From: Eledone cirrhosa
Lineage: Eukaryota
DNA: 64,000 bases
Assembly (NCBI GenBank): GCA_964016885.1
Contig: OZ024740.1
Location: forward strand, 23,994,001 to 24,058,000
Direction of reading: 5' to 3'
In this document: in pieces, positions 36,861 through 48,194 of the stretch
How positions within the stretch are numbered: the first letter of the stretch is position 1
How the letters are laid out: the number at the start of each line of letters is the position of its first letter
Notes under the pieces: model-generated
Told to the model about the DNA's origin: nothing
The model's database searches: none
Seen by the model: the letters and a program-made list of their open reading frames with translations, nothing else
Program-made: the position numbers and the translations under genes

Positions 36861-37669
36861 TTGTTGTTGTTACTGTTGTTGTTGTTGGTGTTGGTGTTGT
36901 TGGTGTTGTTGGTGTTGTTGTTGGTGTTGTTGTTGGTGGTGTTGTTGGTGTTGTTGTGGATGGTGTTGTTGTTGGTGTTGTTGGTGTTGTTGGTGGTGTT
37001 GTTGGTGTTGTCGTTGTTGTTGTTGGTGGTGGTGTTGTTGGTGTTGTTGGTGTGTTTGGTGTTGTTAGAGATGGTGTTGTTGGTGTTGGTGTTGTTGTGG
37101 GTGGTGTTGTTGTTGTTGGTGTTGTTGGTGTTGTTGGTGTTGTTGTTGGTGTTGTTGGTGGTGTTGGTGTTGTTGGCGTTGTTGGTGTTGTTGGTGTTGT
37201 TGTTTTTGGTATCGTTGGTGTTGGTGTTGTTGGGTTGTTAGTGTTGTTGGTGTTGTTGGTGTTGTTGTTGGTGTTGTTGGTGTTGTTTGTGTTGTTGTTG
37301 GTGTTGTTGGCGTTGGTGTTGTTGGTGTTGTTGGAGTTGGTGTTGTTGGTGTTGGTGTCGTTGGTGTTGTTTGGTGTTGGTGTTGGTGTTGTTGGTGTTG
37401 TTGTTTTGGTGGTGGTGGTGGTGGTGGTGGTGGTGGTATTGTTGGTGTTGTTGGTGTTGTTGTTGGTGTTGTTGTTGTTGTTGGTGTTGTTGGTGTTTGT
37501 ATTGCTGGTGTTGGTGTTGTTGGTGTCGTTGGTGTTGTTGGTGTTGTTGTTGTTGGTGTTGTTGGTGTTATTGGTGTTGTTGTTGTTGGTGTTGTTGGTA
37601 TTGTTGTGGGTGGTGTTGTTGTTGTTGGTGTTGTTGGTGTTGTTGGTGCTGGTGTTGGTGTCGTTGGTG

Positions 37670-37701
<32 letters not shown>

Positions 37702-39370
37702 GGTATTGTTGGTGTTGTTGGTGTTGTTGTTGGTATTGTTGGTGTTGCTCGTGTTGTTGGGGTTTGTATTGCTGGTGTTGGTATTGTTGGTGTTGTTGGT
37801 GTTGTTGTTGGTGTTGTTGGGGTTGGTGTTGGTGGTTTTGTTGGCGTTGGTGTTGTTGGTGTTGGTGTTGGTGCTGGTGTTGGTGTTGTTGGTGTTGTTG
37901 GTCTTGTTGGTGTTGTTGGTTTTGTTGTTGTTGGTGTTGTTGGTGTTGTTGGTTTTGTTGTTTTTGATGTTGTTGGTTGGTGTTCGTGTTGTTGGTGTTG
38001 TCGTTGTTGTTGTTTTTGTTGGAGTTGTTGTTGTTTTTGGTATTGTTGTTGTTGTTGTTGGTTTTGTTGTTGTTGTTGGTGTTGTTGGTGCTGTTGGTGT
38101 TGTTGTTGGTGTTGTTGGTGTTGTTGATGTTGGTGTTGTTGGCGTTGGTGTTGTTGGTGTTGGTGTTGGTGCTGGTGTTGGTGTTGGTGTTGTTGGTGTT
38201 GTTGGTGTTGTTGTTGTTGGTGTTGTTGGTGTTGTTGTTGTTGGTGTTGTTGGCGTTGGTGTTGTTGGTGTAGGTGTTGGTGTTGGTGTTGTTATTGTTG
38301 TTGGTGTTGTTGTTGTTGGTATTCTAGATGTTGTTGGTTTTGTTGTTGTTGGTGTTGTTGGTGTTGTTGGTGTTGTTGGTATTGTTGTTGTCGGTGTTGT
38401 TGTTGTTGGTGTTGTTGGTGTTGATGTTGTTGGTGTTGTTGGTGATGTTGGTGTTGTTGGTGTTTTTGTTGTTGGTGTTGTTGTTGTTGTTGGTGTTGTT
38501 GCTGTTGGTGTTGTTGGCGTTGGTGTTGCTGGTGTTAGTGTTGGTGTTGGTATTGTTGTTGTTGTTGTTGGTGTTGGTGTTGTTGTTGTTGGTGTTGTTG
38601 GCGTTGGTGTTGTTGGAGTTGTTGGTGTTGTTGGTGTTGTTGGTGTTGTTATTGTTGGTGTTGTTAGTGTTGTTGGTGTTGTTGTTGTTGGTGTTGTTGG
38701 TGTTGTTGGTGTTGGTGTTGTTGGTGTTGATGTTGTTGGTGTTTTGCGGGTTGGTGTTGTTGGTGTTGTTGGTGGTGTTGGTGTTGGTGTTGGTATTATT
38801 GGTGTTGTTGTTGTTGGTGTTGGTGTTGTTGTTGTTGGTGTTTTGCGGGTTGGTTTTTTTGATGTTGTTGGTGGTGTTGGTCGTGTTGGTGTTCTTGTTG
38901 TTGGTGTTGTTGGGGTTGGTGTTGGTGGTGTTGGTGTTGTTGGTGTTGTTGTTGGTGTTGTTGTTGTCGTTGTTGGTGTTGTTGGTGTTGGTGTTGTTGT
39001 TGGTATTGTTGGTGTTGGTGGTGTTGGTGTTGGTGTTGTTGGTGTTGTTTTTGTTGTTGTTGATTTTGGTATTTTTGGTGTTGGTGTTGTTGGTGTTGTT
39101 GGTGTTGGTGTTGTTGTTGTTTTTAGTATTGTTGGTGTTAGTGTTGTTGGTGTTGCTGTTGTTGGTGTTTTTTGTATTGTTGGTGTTGTTGGTATTGCTG
39201 TTGTTGTTGTTTTGGGGTTTGTTGGTGTTGGTGTTGTTGGTATTGTTAGTGTTGTTGTTGTTGGTATTGTTGGTGTTGTTGTTTTTGGTATTGTTGGTGT
39301 TGGTGTTGTTGGTGTTGTTGGTGTTGTTGGTGTTAGTGTTGTTGGTGTTGATGGTGTTGTTGATGGGAAT
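36861..39370. repeat. Cryptically simple (GTT/GGT)n tract; one minus frame reads as Thr/Pro-rich
   Basis: Mosaic of GTT and GGT triplets with register shifts near 37232, 37370, 37405 and 37975. Confidence 0.9.
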
Positions 39371-39486
39371 GATGTTCATTTTATTGTTGGAGTTGCTGTT
39401 GTTGTTGTTGCTGTTGTTATTGCTGCTGTTATTGCTATTGTTTTTGTTGTTGATGGTGATGGTGGTGGGGCTGATGTTCATTTTAT

Positions 39487-39701
39487 AGTAGTAGTAGTTG
39501 TAGTAAAGTGTTGGTAGTAGTAGTAGTAGCAGTAGTAGTAGTAGTAGCAACAGTAGTAGTAGTATTAGTAGTAGCAGCAGCAGTACTAGTAGTATTAATA
39601 GTAGCAGCAGTAGTAGTAGTATTAGTAGTAGTAGTAGTAGTAGTAGTAGCATCAGCATTAGTAGTAGTAATAGTAGTAGTAGTAGCAGCAGCAGGAGCAG
39701 C

Positions 39702-39747
<46 letters not shown>

Positions 39748-39795
39748 ATGTATTAGTAGTAGTAGTGGTATTAATAGTAGTAGAAGTATTAATAC

Positions 39796-39845
<50 letters not shown>
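39487..39845. repeat. (GTA)n microsatellite
   Basis: Imperfect GTA/GCA runs; a second tract lies at 41118-41533. Confidence 0.95.
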
Positions 39846-40019
39846 CGGTGTTGGTGCTAATGCTGATCGAAATTTATGTGGTTGTGATTATATTATGTGC
39901 TGTTGCTTTTGTTGTTATTGATAGCTGGTACTAGTAGAGGAAGGGTGATACTTGTATTAGCTGGTATAGGTGGTGGTGGCGGTAACTAGTGGTAGATGGT
40001 AGTGGTAGATGGTAGTAGT

Positions 40020-40990
40020 AGGTGGTGGTGGAGACATGAGTGATAGATTGTAAGGGTGGTGGTGTTAGTAGTGATGGTTGTGAAGACACGAGTGGTAGAA
40101 GGTAAGTGTGGCGGTGGTGGTGAAGACACGAGTGCTAGATGGTAAGGTGGTGGTGGTGAAGAGGTTGGTGGTTGATGGTAAGTTTGTGAAGACATGAGTG
40201 GTAGATAGTAAGGTGGTGGTGGAGACACGAGTGGTAGGTGGTAAGGTGGTGATGGTGGAGACACGAGTGGTAGATGGTAAGGTGGTGGTGGTGGAGACAC
40301 GAGTGGTAGATGGTAAGGTGGTGGTGGTGGAGATATGAGTGGTAGATGGTAAGGTGGTGGTGCTGAAGACATGAGTGGTAGGTGGTATGGTGGTGGAGAC
40401 ACGAGTGGTAGATTGTAAGGTGGTGGTGGTGAAGACATGAGTGGTAGATGGTAAGTTGGTGGTAGAGACACGAGTGGTAGATCGTAAGGTGGTGGTGGTG
40501 GTGGAGACACGAGTGGTAGATGGTAAGGTGGTGGTGGTGAAGACATGAGTGGTAGATGGTAAGGTGGTGGTGGTGAAGACATGAGTGGTAGATGGTAAGG
40601 TGGTGGTGGTGAAGACATGAGTGGTAGATGGTAAGGTGGTGGTGGTGAAGACATGAGTGGTAGGTGGTATGGTGGTGAAGACATGAGTGGTAGGTGGTAT
40701 GGTGGTGGTGGTGAAGACATGAGTGGTAGGTGGTATGGTGGTGGTGGTGAAGACATGAGTGGTAGGTGGTATGGTGGTGGTGGTGAAGACATGAGTGGTA
40801 GGTGGTATGGTGGTGGTGGTGAAGACATGAGTGGTAGGTGGTATGGTGGTGGTGGTGAAGACATGAGTGGTAGGTGGTATGGTGGTGGTGGTGAAGACAT
40901 GAGTGGTAGGTGGTAAGGTGGTGGTGGTGACGACATGAGTGGTAGATGGTAAGTTGGTAATGCTGGATGTAGTGGCGGTGGTGACGACAT
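40020..40990. repeat. ~33-36-bp minisatellite GGTGGTGGTGAAGACATGAGTGGTAG(G/A)TGGTA(T/A)
   Basis: Tandem units; the minus frame reads (YHLPLMSSPPPP)n. Confidence 0.93.
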
Positions 40991-41133
40991 GAGGAGTAGA
41001 TAATTATGACGGGAATACTGGTTATAATGGTTAGCATCGTGTTAAGACTACCATAATTATTTTTTCAAACTGTACTGGTTATGTTATTTTTAGTAATAAT
41101 AGAGTTGTTGGTGGACGATAGTAGTAGTAGTAA

Positions 41134-41182
<49 letters not shown>

Positions 41183-41269
41183 TGTAGTAGTAGTAGTAAT
41201 ATCTACAGTAGTAGTATTAGTAGTAGTAGCAGAAGTAGCAGGAGCAACAGTAGTAGTAGTAGTAGTAGC

Positions 41270-41355
<86 letters not shown>

Positions 41356-41368
41356 CAACAGTAGTATC

Positions 41369-41420
<52 letters not shown>

Positions 41421-41442
41421 TCAGTAGCAGTAGTAGTAGTAT

Positions 41443-41483
<41 letters not shown>

Positions 41484-41487
41484 ATAA

Positions 41488-41534
<47 letters not shown>

Positions 41535-42664
41535 AGATGTGGTTGTTTGATGGAGATTTATAATGAAAGAGTTAGCTGCTGTAATGGCGATTATAGCATC
41601 AACATCTTGCTATTTTTGTTAATGTATTAAAATGATTAGGCGATAATGGTCATTGTTATATAATGAGGCTTTTGTGGTGTTGTTGTTGTTGGTGGTGGTG
41701 GTGTGATGATGGTGGGATTTTGGTTAGGCTGTTTCTCTTGCTTAGCAATAGTGTAAATGTGATTTTGTATACGAATTAAGTAAAACCTTAGCATCGCACG
41801 TTCTAGATGTCATTTAAGAAGGTAAGTATCAATTTGATGGATGCTTGGTTGTTATTTCTAGCAGGGTTAGTAACCTCGTATAGTCTCTTATTGGTGCTAA
41901 TGGCATTGCTGTTTTGGTACCATACTAGAATAATTTGCTGCTAATATTTTGGGAAGCGTACATCGGAATATGATAACTCAAAATAACATAGAGATCTGAT
42001 TGGTTCACTTAAAAAGGTTTTATAGTATATTACACATATATCTATTCAATTATCATGCGTAAAATATGTATTTCTCTCTATTCAAGTGTGTATGTACACG
42101 ATAGCTTCAGACTTTCTCTGTTATAAGCAAAGTCAGCAGCTTTTGTTAATAAAATATCCATGAGTCACTGACTAATCATATATTGAAGTATTTGCGCATA
42201 TTTTTGCTTAGATACTATTGTTACCCTTTTTGCCTACGCCAATTGTCTAAAGAGACTTTAAGCTGCAAATCACATTCACGATTGAAGGAAATTTGACTTC
42301 TAATATAATATACATACTCTACATTATGCAGTTAATAATTCTTTCTTTTTGTATCATAAACATTATCCAAACCATATATTGCTCCTGAAATAACCGAACA
42401 CTCGCTAGAGACGTTACTAAAATCTAAAATAGAATATCTGTGTTTGAAATGTTTTGGAAAAGTTATCTGAAAACCATAAAAACAACAGAACATTACTTTC
42501 AAATAGAAAAGTGTGAAAATATAATGGTCAGAAGAGGAAAAATATTTCTTCTAAAAACGAATACATTTTACACCAATGTCACCTATATGTATGGTGTCTT
42601 GGTTCAAACCATAAAGTATTTAATACACAGCTATACATAAACCTGGAGGTAGAAATGTACCCGA

Positions 42665-42705
<41 letters not shown>

Positions 42706-42710
<5 letters not shown>

Positions 42711-43348
42711 GTTGAAAAGGTAACACACCAGAGAAAGAGATATACAGTCCGTTATCAATAAAAGAGGGAAACAAACCACCAGTGTATGGAATCTATAACC
42801 TATGAAAGGCAGACTATAGACACGATAATTAAAAATATAAATTAAAGCTTAAATAAATACCTCTATAACTATATAAAACAAGTACAAATCCAAAGAGACT
42901 AATCCAAAGATATGTTTCACCAATAATTTGTTGAAAGAAATGGGTTAGCCTCGGTTCATCAGCGTGTGTAAGGCTATACATTTCAGACAAGACTAAGAGA
43001 ATTTTAAAATTGACTGTCCAGCTACACGTGGGAGAGAGAAGTCACAGCGTGTTTAAGGGCAGTCAACCAGTTGCCTCTGGGGGACGAACTGCTAGAAAGG
43101 GCAACCCAAAGCCACTCAGAGAAGTGTGCTCAACCAAACAAAGATAGGAAATACTGTTATTAGGAGCGAAATATCACGTTAAATTAACGGAGACATAGGC
43201 CCTCGCTATTCCCTGTAAATAATGTGCTCAAAGAAGAAGAGATCCTGAGCTCTTTAAAATACAATATGTTGAAAAGGTAACACACCTTTGAGCACATTAT
43301 TTACAGGGAATAGCGAGGGCCTATGCCTCCGTTAATTTATCGTGATAT
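42706..43348 (-). mobile_element. Non-autonomous Penelope-like pLTR cassette in (TA)n
   Basis: 24-bp direct repeat AATATGTTGAAAAGGTAACACACC (42706-42729 / 43263-43286); 63-bp inverted repeat (43171-43233 / 43286-43348); degenerate hammerhead core at 42909-42962 on the minus strand; TA runs on both sides. Confidence 0.65.
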
Positions 43349-43364
43349 ATATATATATATATAT

Positions 43365-44080
43365 TAATAAAAGGAATTCCAACTTTGTCTGATTTACTCC
43401 TTTTATTTACAATCCTTTAAAATTATAATGATATTATAATGGAATAGTAGGGTAGAATATTAAATGTTAAGTGTTAATTGAACAAGTACTTTCATGCTTT
43501 CGCAATCATCAGGTTCATATTCAGTGGTGACTGTCAAGTTTGCAATTTTCAACTGTAATGAGATGGGTAAATTCTGTGCCTTATATACAGAAAAAGGCGC
43601 TACAATATGCTAAGTTTTGCAAACTGTATTTCGACCAATCGGTGTGTAGTTTCACTAGATTACAAAAGCTGATTGGTTTAGGCGCCACGGTTGGTTGGGA
43701 ATGTCTAACGACTTCTATTTGACTCTATCTAAAAAATCAATTGTTTTGCTATTTTTAGAAATGATCAAAATAGCATTTTCTAGGGTTTTTATGAAAAATC
43801 TTCAGTAATCATCACCATCAACATCACTTTTATCGCTAGAGCCCATTGGGATATAAAAGTTATCCGTTCTGTGCTTTCTTGTCCAGAACGAGCCTTCGAA
43901 TTCGATAATGGTCTGTCTAGCCATAAGGATGATGTCAATCTCTTTATTAGTTATGTTTGAATTAGTGCAAGCTAGGGTTAATGCTTTGTTAAGCAGTGCC
44001 GGGGATACAGAAGCGTAGTAACCGTCAATGTCGATATAAAGAAACCTCATCCAGTCCTTATATATATAGTGGTAGAACAC
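43365..44080 (-). mobile_element. Internally deleted Penelope-like element (RT fragment + hammerhead pLTR)
   Basis: Minus ORF has IDIDGYYASV...IPMGSSD...GDDY, then SKNSKTIDFLD in another frame; it is homologous to the + strand RT. The hammerhead lies downstream, followed by (TA)n. Confidence 0.8.
43479..43517 (-). ncRNA. Minimal type I hammerhead ribozyme
   Basis: Minus strand reads TGAAC-CTGATGA-tTGC GAAA GCAt-GAAA-GTAC-TT-GTTCA: 5-bp stem I, GNRA-capped stem II, palindrome AAGTACTT, CUU triplet. Confidence 0.88.
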
Positions 44081-44138
44081 TGGAAGGTAATATCCGTAGT
44101 GGTAGAGTACTCAGTCCATGGGACGAGTTAGGTAGAAG

Positions 44139-44246
44139 TGGTTACACAACAGTTAGTTCACCATACCGAGAACAATTGTTTCACCTGAGGATCCGCTATG
44201 GTGAAACAGTTGTTCTCGGTATGGTGAACTAACTCTTGTGTAACCA
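44139..44246 (+). mobile_element. 5'-inverted pLTR remnant with truncated hammerhead
   Basis: 47-bp arm hairpin; the loop and right arm read CTGAGGA-tCCgctatGGt-GAAAC-AGTT-GTT, followed by (TA)n. Confidence 0.65.
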
Positions 44247-44264
44247 TTTATATATATATATATA

Positions 44265-45855
44265 TTAAAGAGTTAAACAAGATTCAATGAGTATATCAAA
44301 GAATGAGTTTTACAGTAGATTGGAAGCACTCTACGTGAAAATAATTTTCCAGAGTTATTAATATTAAAATACAAATAGTAATCAGTAAAAACATCATAGA
44401 TAGAATATTACCCACTCTTAAATTGAGATCTAATTTGAGCTTATGGGAAGATACAAATGAAGTCATAGAATGGTACACGAATATAGAAGATAAGAAAGGC
44501 AATAAATTCATCCAGATGGACATTACTAGCTACTATTCTTCCATAACACCTAACCTTCTAAATAAGGCTCTTTCATATGCTTATAAGCATACTGATATAA
44601 CCACAGATGAAATAGATATAATACTAACAGCCAGAAGAACTATTATTAACAACGAATATTGGACTCGCTCAGATAGAGATAGAAACTTTGATATCACTAT
44701 GGGGGAATCCGATTCCGCGCAAATCACAGATCTTCTGGGAATTTTCATATTAAATATGATAAATAGAAAACTGCTGGAGATTACCGGTGGTTTATATAGG
44801 GACGACATTTTATTTACCTTTGTGAAACACAACTATATAGAACTAAATAGAGTAAAGAAAAGTATAATAGAATTCTTTAAAATGTACGAGCTTAAGTTAA
44901 AAGTAGAAAATGGTACCAAAATAGTTAATTTCTCAGACGTTACCTTTAACTTAAACACTAGCTTCTATTACCCTTTTCATAAGCCCAATGAAAACTTAAA
45001 CTATGTTAGTAACCATTCCAATCACCCTAAATCTGTAAAAAAAAGCTATAGTAAATAGTGTGCAAAAACGAATTAATAAAATGTCAGCCAATAAAGCTAT
45101 ATTAGATGAAAACGCTGAATACTACAGCAACGCGTTAAAAAGAGCAGGATATATGAATAATATAGAATATGTAGATAATAATAATCCAAGTATTAATCTT
45201 AATAAAAATAATAACATATATAAGAGAAACTCTAATAATTATAATTCAAACACCCATACGACAAATAAATCGAGGATAAGAACTAGAACTCAATCAGTCA
45301 TATGGTTCGCCCCCCACCCCTGCTTCGGTCGCAGTTAAAACGCCAATTGCAAAATTATTCTTTAACGCTTTGGACACCTCTTTCCCTACTCAACATAAAT
45401 ACCATTCTATTTTTAATAGACATGCCATTAAATTCTCGTATTCTACAACTATGAATATGGCCCAAAACATTGCCAAATTAAACACTAAAATCCTAAAACA
45501 AAACCAGCATAATGATTCTAATAATAGAGTTAACATAAATGATACTAAACCAAAATGTAATTGTAGAAATAAAACTTATTGCCCTTTGCAAAATAATTGT
45601 CTAGATAGGAATTTGGTTTATAAATGCACCGTAAAAACTGATGACAACACATACAGCTACATAGGATCGACTTCTACTACATTTAAAGCCAGATTTGCGA
45701 ACCATAAATGCTCATTCTCGAACTCCAAGAGGAAATCATCCACGTCTTTATCACAGCTTATATCGTCATAAAAAGAGAGGAATTTAAAATTCTTTGGACA
45801 AAACTTGGGAACTGTGGAGTTTACCGCAACTGTAGTATATCAAATAACTGTGCGC

Positions 45856-45858
<3 letters not shown>
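44265..45858 (+). mobile_element. Penelope-like retroelement, reverse transcriptase + GIY-YIG endonuclease, disrupted
   Basis: RT motifs MDITSYYSSI, ITMGESDSAQI, LYRDDI, VNFSDVTF, YVSNHSNHP; Cys-rich linker KCNCRNKTYCPLQNNC; endonuclease LVYKC...YIGST...FKARFANHK. Split by stops/frameshifts at ~45058 and ~45338; flanked by (TA)n. Confidence 0.93.
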
Positions 45859-45914
<56 letters not shown>

Positions 45915-45958
45915 AATTAAAAAGAACAGAAAGATGCAGTAAAAGAGATTTATTCGGT

Positions 45959-46073
45959 TCTTACGTACGTTTCAATAGACATCAATTTGCCTAGATCTCG
46001 CTACATCTATAATATTATATATTTAGTAGACCATTCGATATCCAATGCACAATCGATCCCATATCATCAGAGA
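45959..46073 (-). ncRNA. Type I hammerhead ribozyme motif with long stem II, in a TA-flanked cassette (45911-46152)
   Basis: Minus strand reads TCT-CTGATGA-tATGGGATCGATT...AATTGATGTCTATt-GAAAC-GTAC-GTA-AGA; palindrome ACGTACGT; GUA triplet; stem I is only 3 bp. Confidence 0.65.
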
Positions 46074-46149
46074 TTATTGTAAGCTGACATTCCACTACAC
46101 GGTACATAACACTGTGTCCTGGAAAACATTAATGCACTGGTGCATAACC

Positions 46150-46545
<396 letters not shown>

Positions 46546-46559
46546 TATATATATATATA

Positions 46560-46913
46560 GTTGTTATATAGTAAGGTGTATAATTGGTTGTGTCAAATGG
46601 TCCAATAACTTTTTGTTAGCAATATAAAGTTCTCCACGCTTTTGTATATCTCCAATTCCATTTATGGGATGATGTAAAACGGAATATTTGTATCAAAATA
46701 AAAATCCGAAGGCATGGTATAAATTTCCAAACATTTTACTCACGACACATGTTTCAGTAAGAGATAGATCGATCGTGTAGCCATGATCGATTATCACTGA
46801 TCTCGTCAGGATAATGAGGGAGAAAATTATGATGTTCACTCACAGAGTTTAGTCCCACATGTGTCGTGATTAAAATGATTGGAAATTTATACCATGCCTT
46901 CGGATTTTTATTT

Positions 46914-46918
<5 letters not shown>
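46560..46918 (-). mobile_element. TA-flanked pLTR-like cassette with 62-bp inverted repeat and degenerate hammerhead
   Basis: IR 46691-46752 / 46857-46918; minus strand CTGACGA...long stem...GAAAC-ATGT-GTC at 46739-46818. Confidence 0.6.
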
Positions 46919-46975
<57 letters not shown>

Positions 46976-47319
46976 TGGCTGCCAACTCGTTTTCGAGTAC
47001 GGCCACTACTTTATATCCATGTAGGAGAACCCCTACCGATGCGCTGAACGAGTGTGACTTTTTAGTCCAGCCAGCGACTTGAAAACTCTGGTACAAACAC
47101 TACACTTGTGACAATTATTGACACATAGTGCTGGGCCCATGGTACCATGTGACGACAAGTGCAGAGAGATCTCCAGATATAAAGCAATGCCTGTGCCGTG
47201 AAGCTTTTATAGTGAGCAAAGGCACTGCACAAAGCCAGTCCCACTCTCTTAACCAAGATGATATTTACCAAAAAGAAGAACAAGTCAACATCATTGGATA
47301 CCATCAGGGTTGCAGGTGT

Positions 47320-47581
47320 TATATCAGAGTTTTCCTTCTCTTAGAATTCTGCCTTGACAAAGGCTAAGGGGTCATCTCTCCCAGTGATTTTGGATGGCCA
47401 TTGACTCTTAAGAGCTCCTTTGCCCTTCGACAGGTTTTGTTTTTAGTCCTGCAGGATGTCCAAAGTCACCCTCCTCACCAAGAAACCTTGGTGGGGTTGC
47501 CAGTTTAGTCGCCAACGACCCGACCATGAGACAGGTTGTACTGGGATACATGTTACCAGTAGCACCAAGTGGTGACCTGAC
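47320..47581 (-). mobile_element. Unclassified interspersed repeat, possibly a LINE/SINE 5' region
   Basis: GC-richer, self-complementary block between microsatellites; called on resemblance only. Confidence 0.35.
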
Positions 47582-47845
47582 ATAATATATACATACATAC
47601 ATGTGACATATATACATATACATACATACATATACATATATACATACATACATATACATGCATATACATACATACATATGCATATATACATATGCATACA
47701 TATACATACGTATACATACATATGCATACATATACATACATATACATACATATACATACATACATACACATATAGACATACATACATATACATACATATT
47801 CATACATACATATACACATATAAATACATAGATATACATACATAC

Positions 47846-47911
<66 letters not shown>

Positions 47912-48194
47912 GCATATACATACACATACATATAAATATATACATACATACACATACTGTACATATATACATACATTTCACTTAACACTCACATGCAAGA
48001 CACTGGCAGTACACATTCTTCACTCTAGCAGAATTACATTAGAATTCCAAGAGAAAGCCTTAGGTAGAAATGCTAATTTTCTCCTGTGTCCACTTCCTCC
48101 CTTCTGATGAGGTTGTTATTGCTGATAACTCTACTTGTTAATTCACTGATACGAATATTCTGCTAGGATGTAGTTGTTACGTGTGTTGCTGTAA

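Noticed and set aside
36812-39517. 901-aa Val/Gly/Leu ORF and overlapping Cys/Trp and Asn/Thr ORFs
   Set aside because: All frames are open because of GTT/GGT composition, and the register shifts mid-ORF.
41081-41563. Poly-Ser ORF with hydrophobic N-terminus
   Set aside because: It is a (GTA)n microsatellite with no other coding support.
48100-48140. CTGATGA hammerhead core
   Set aside because: No GAAA with a compatible stem II or stem III follows.
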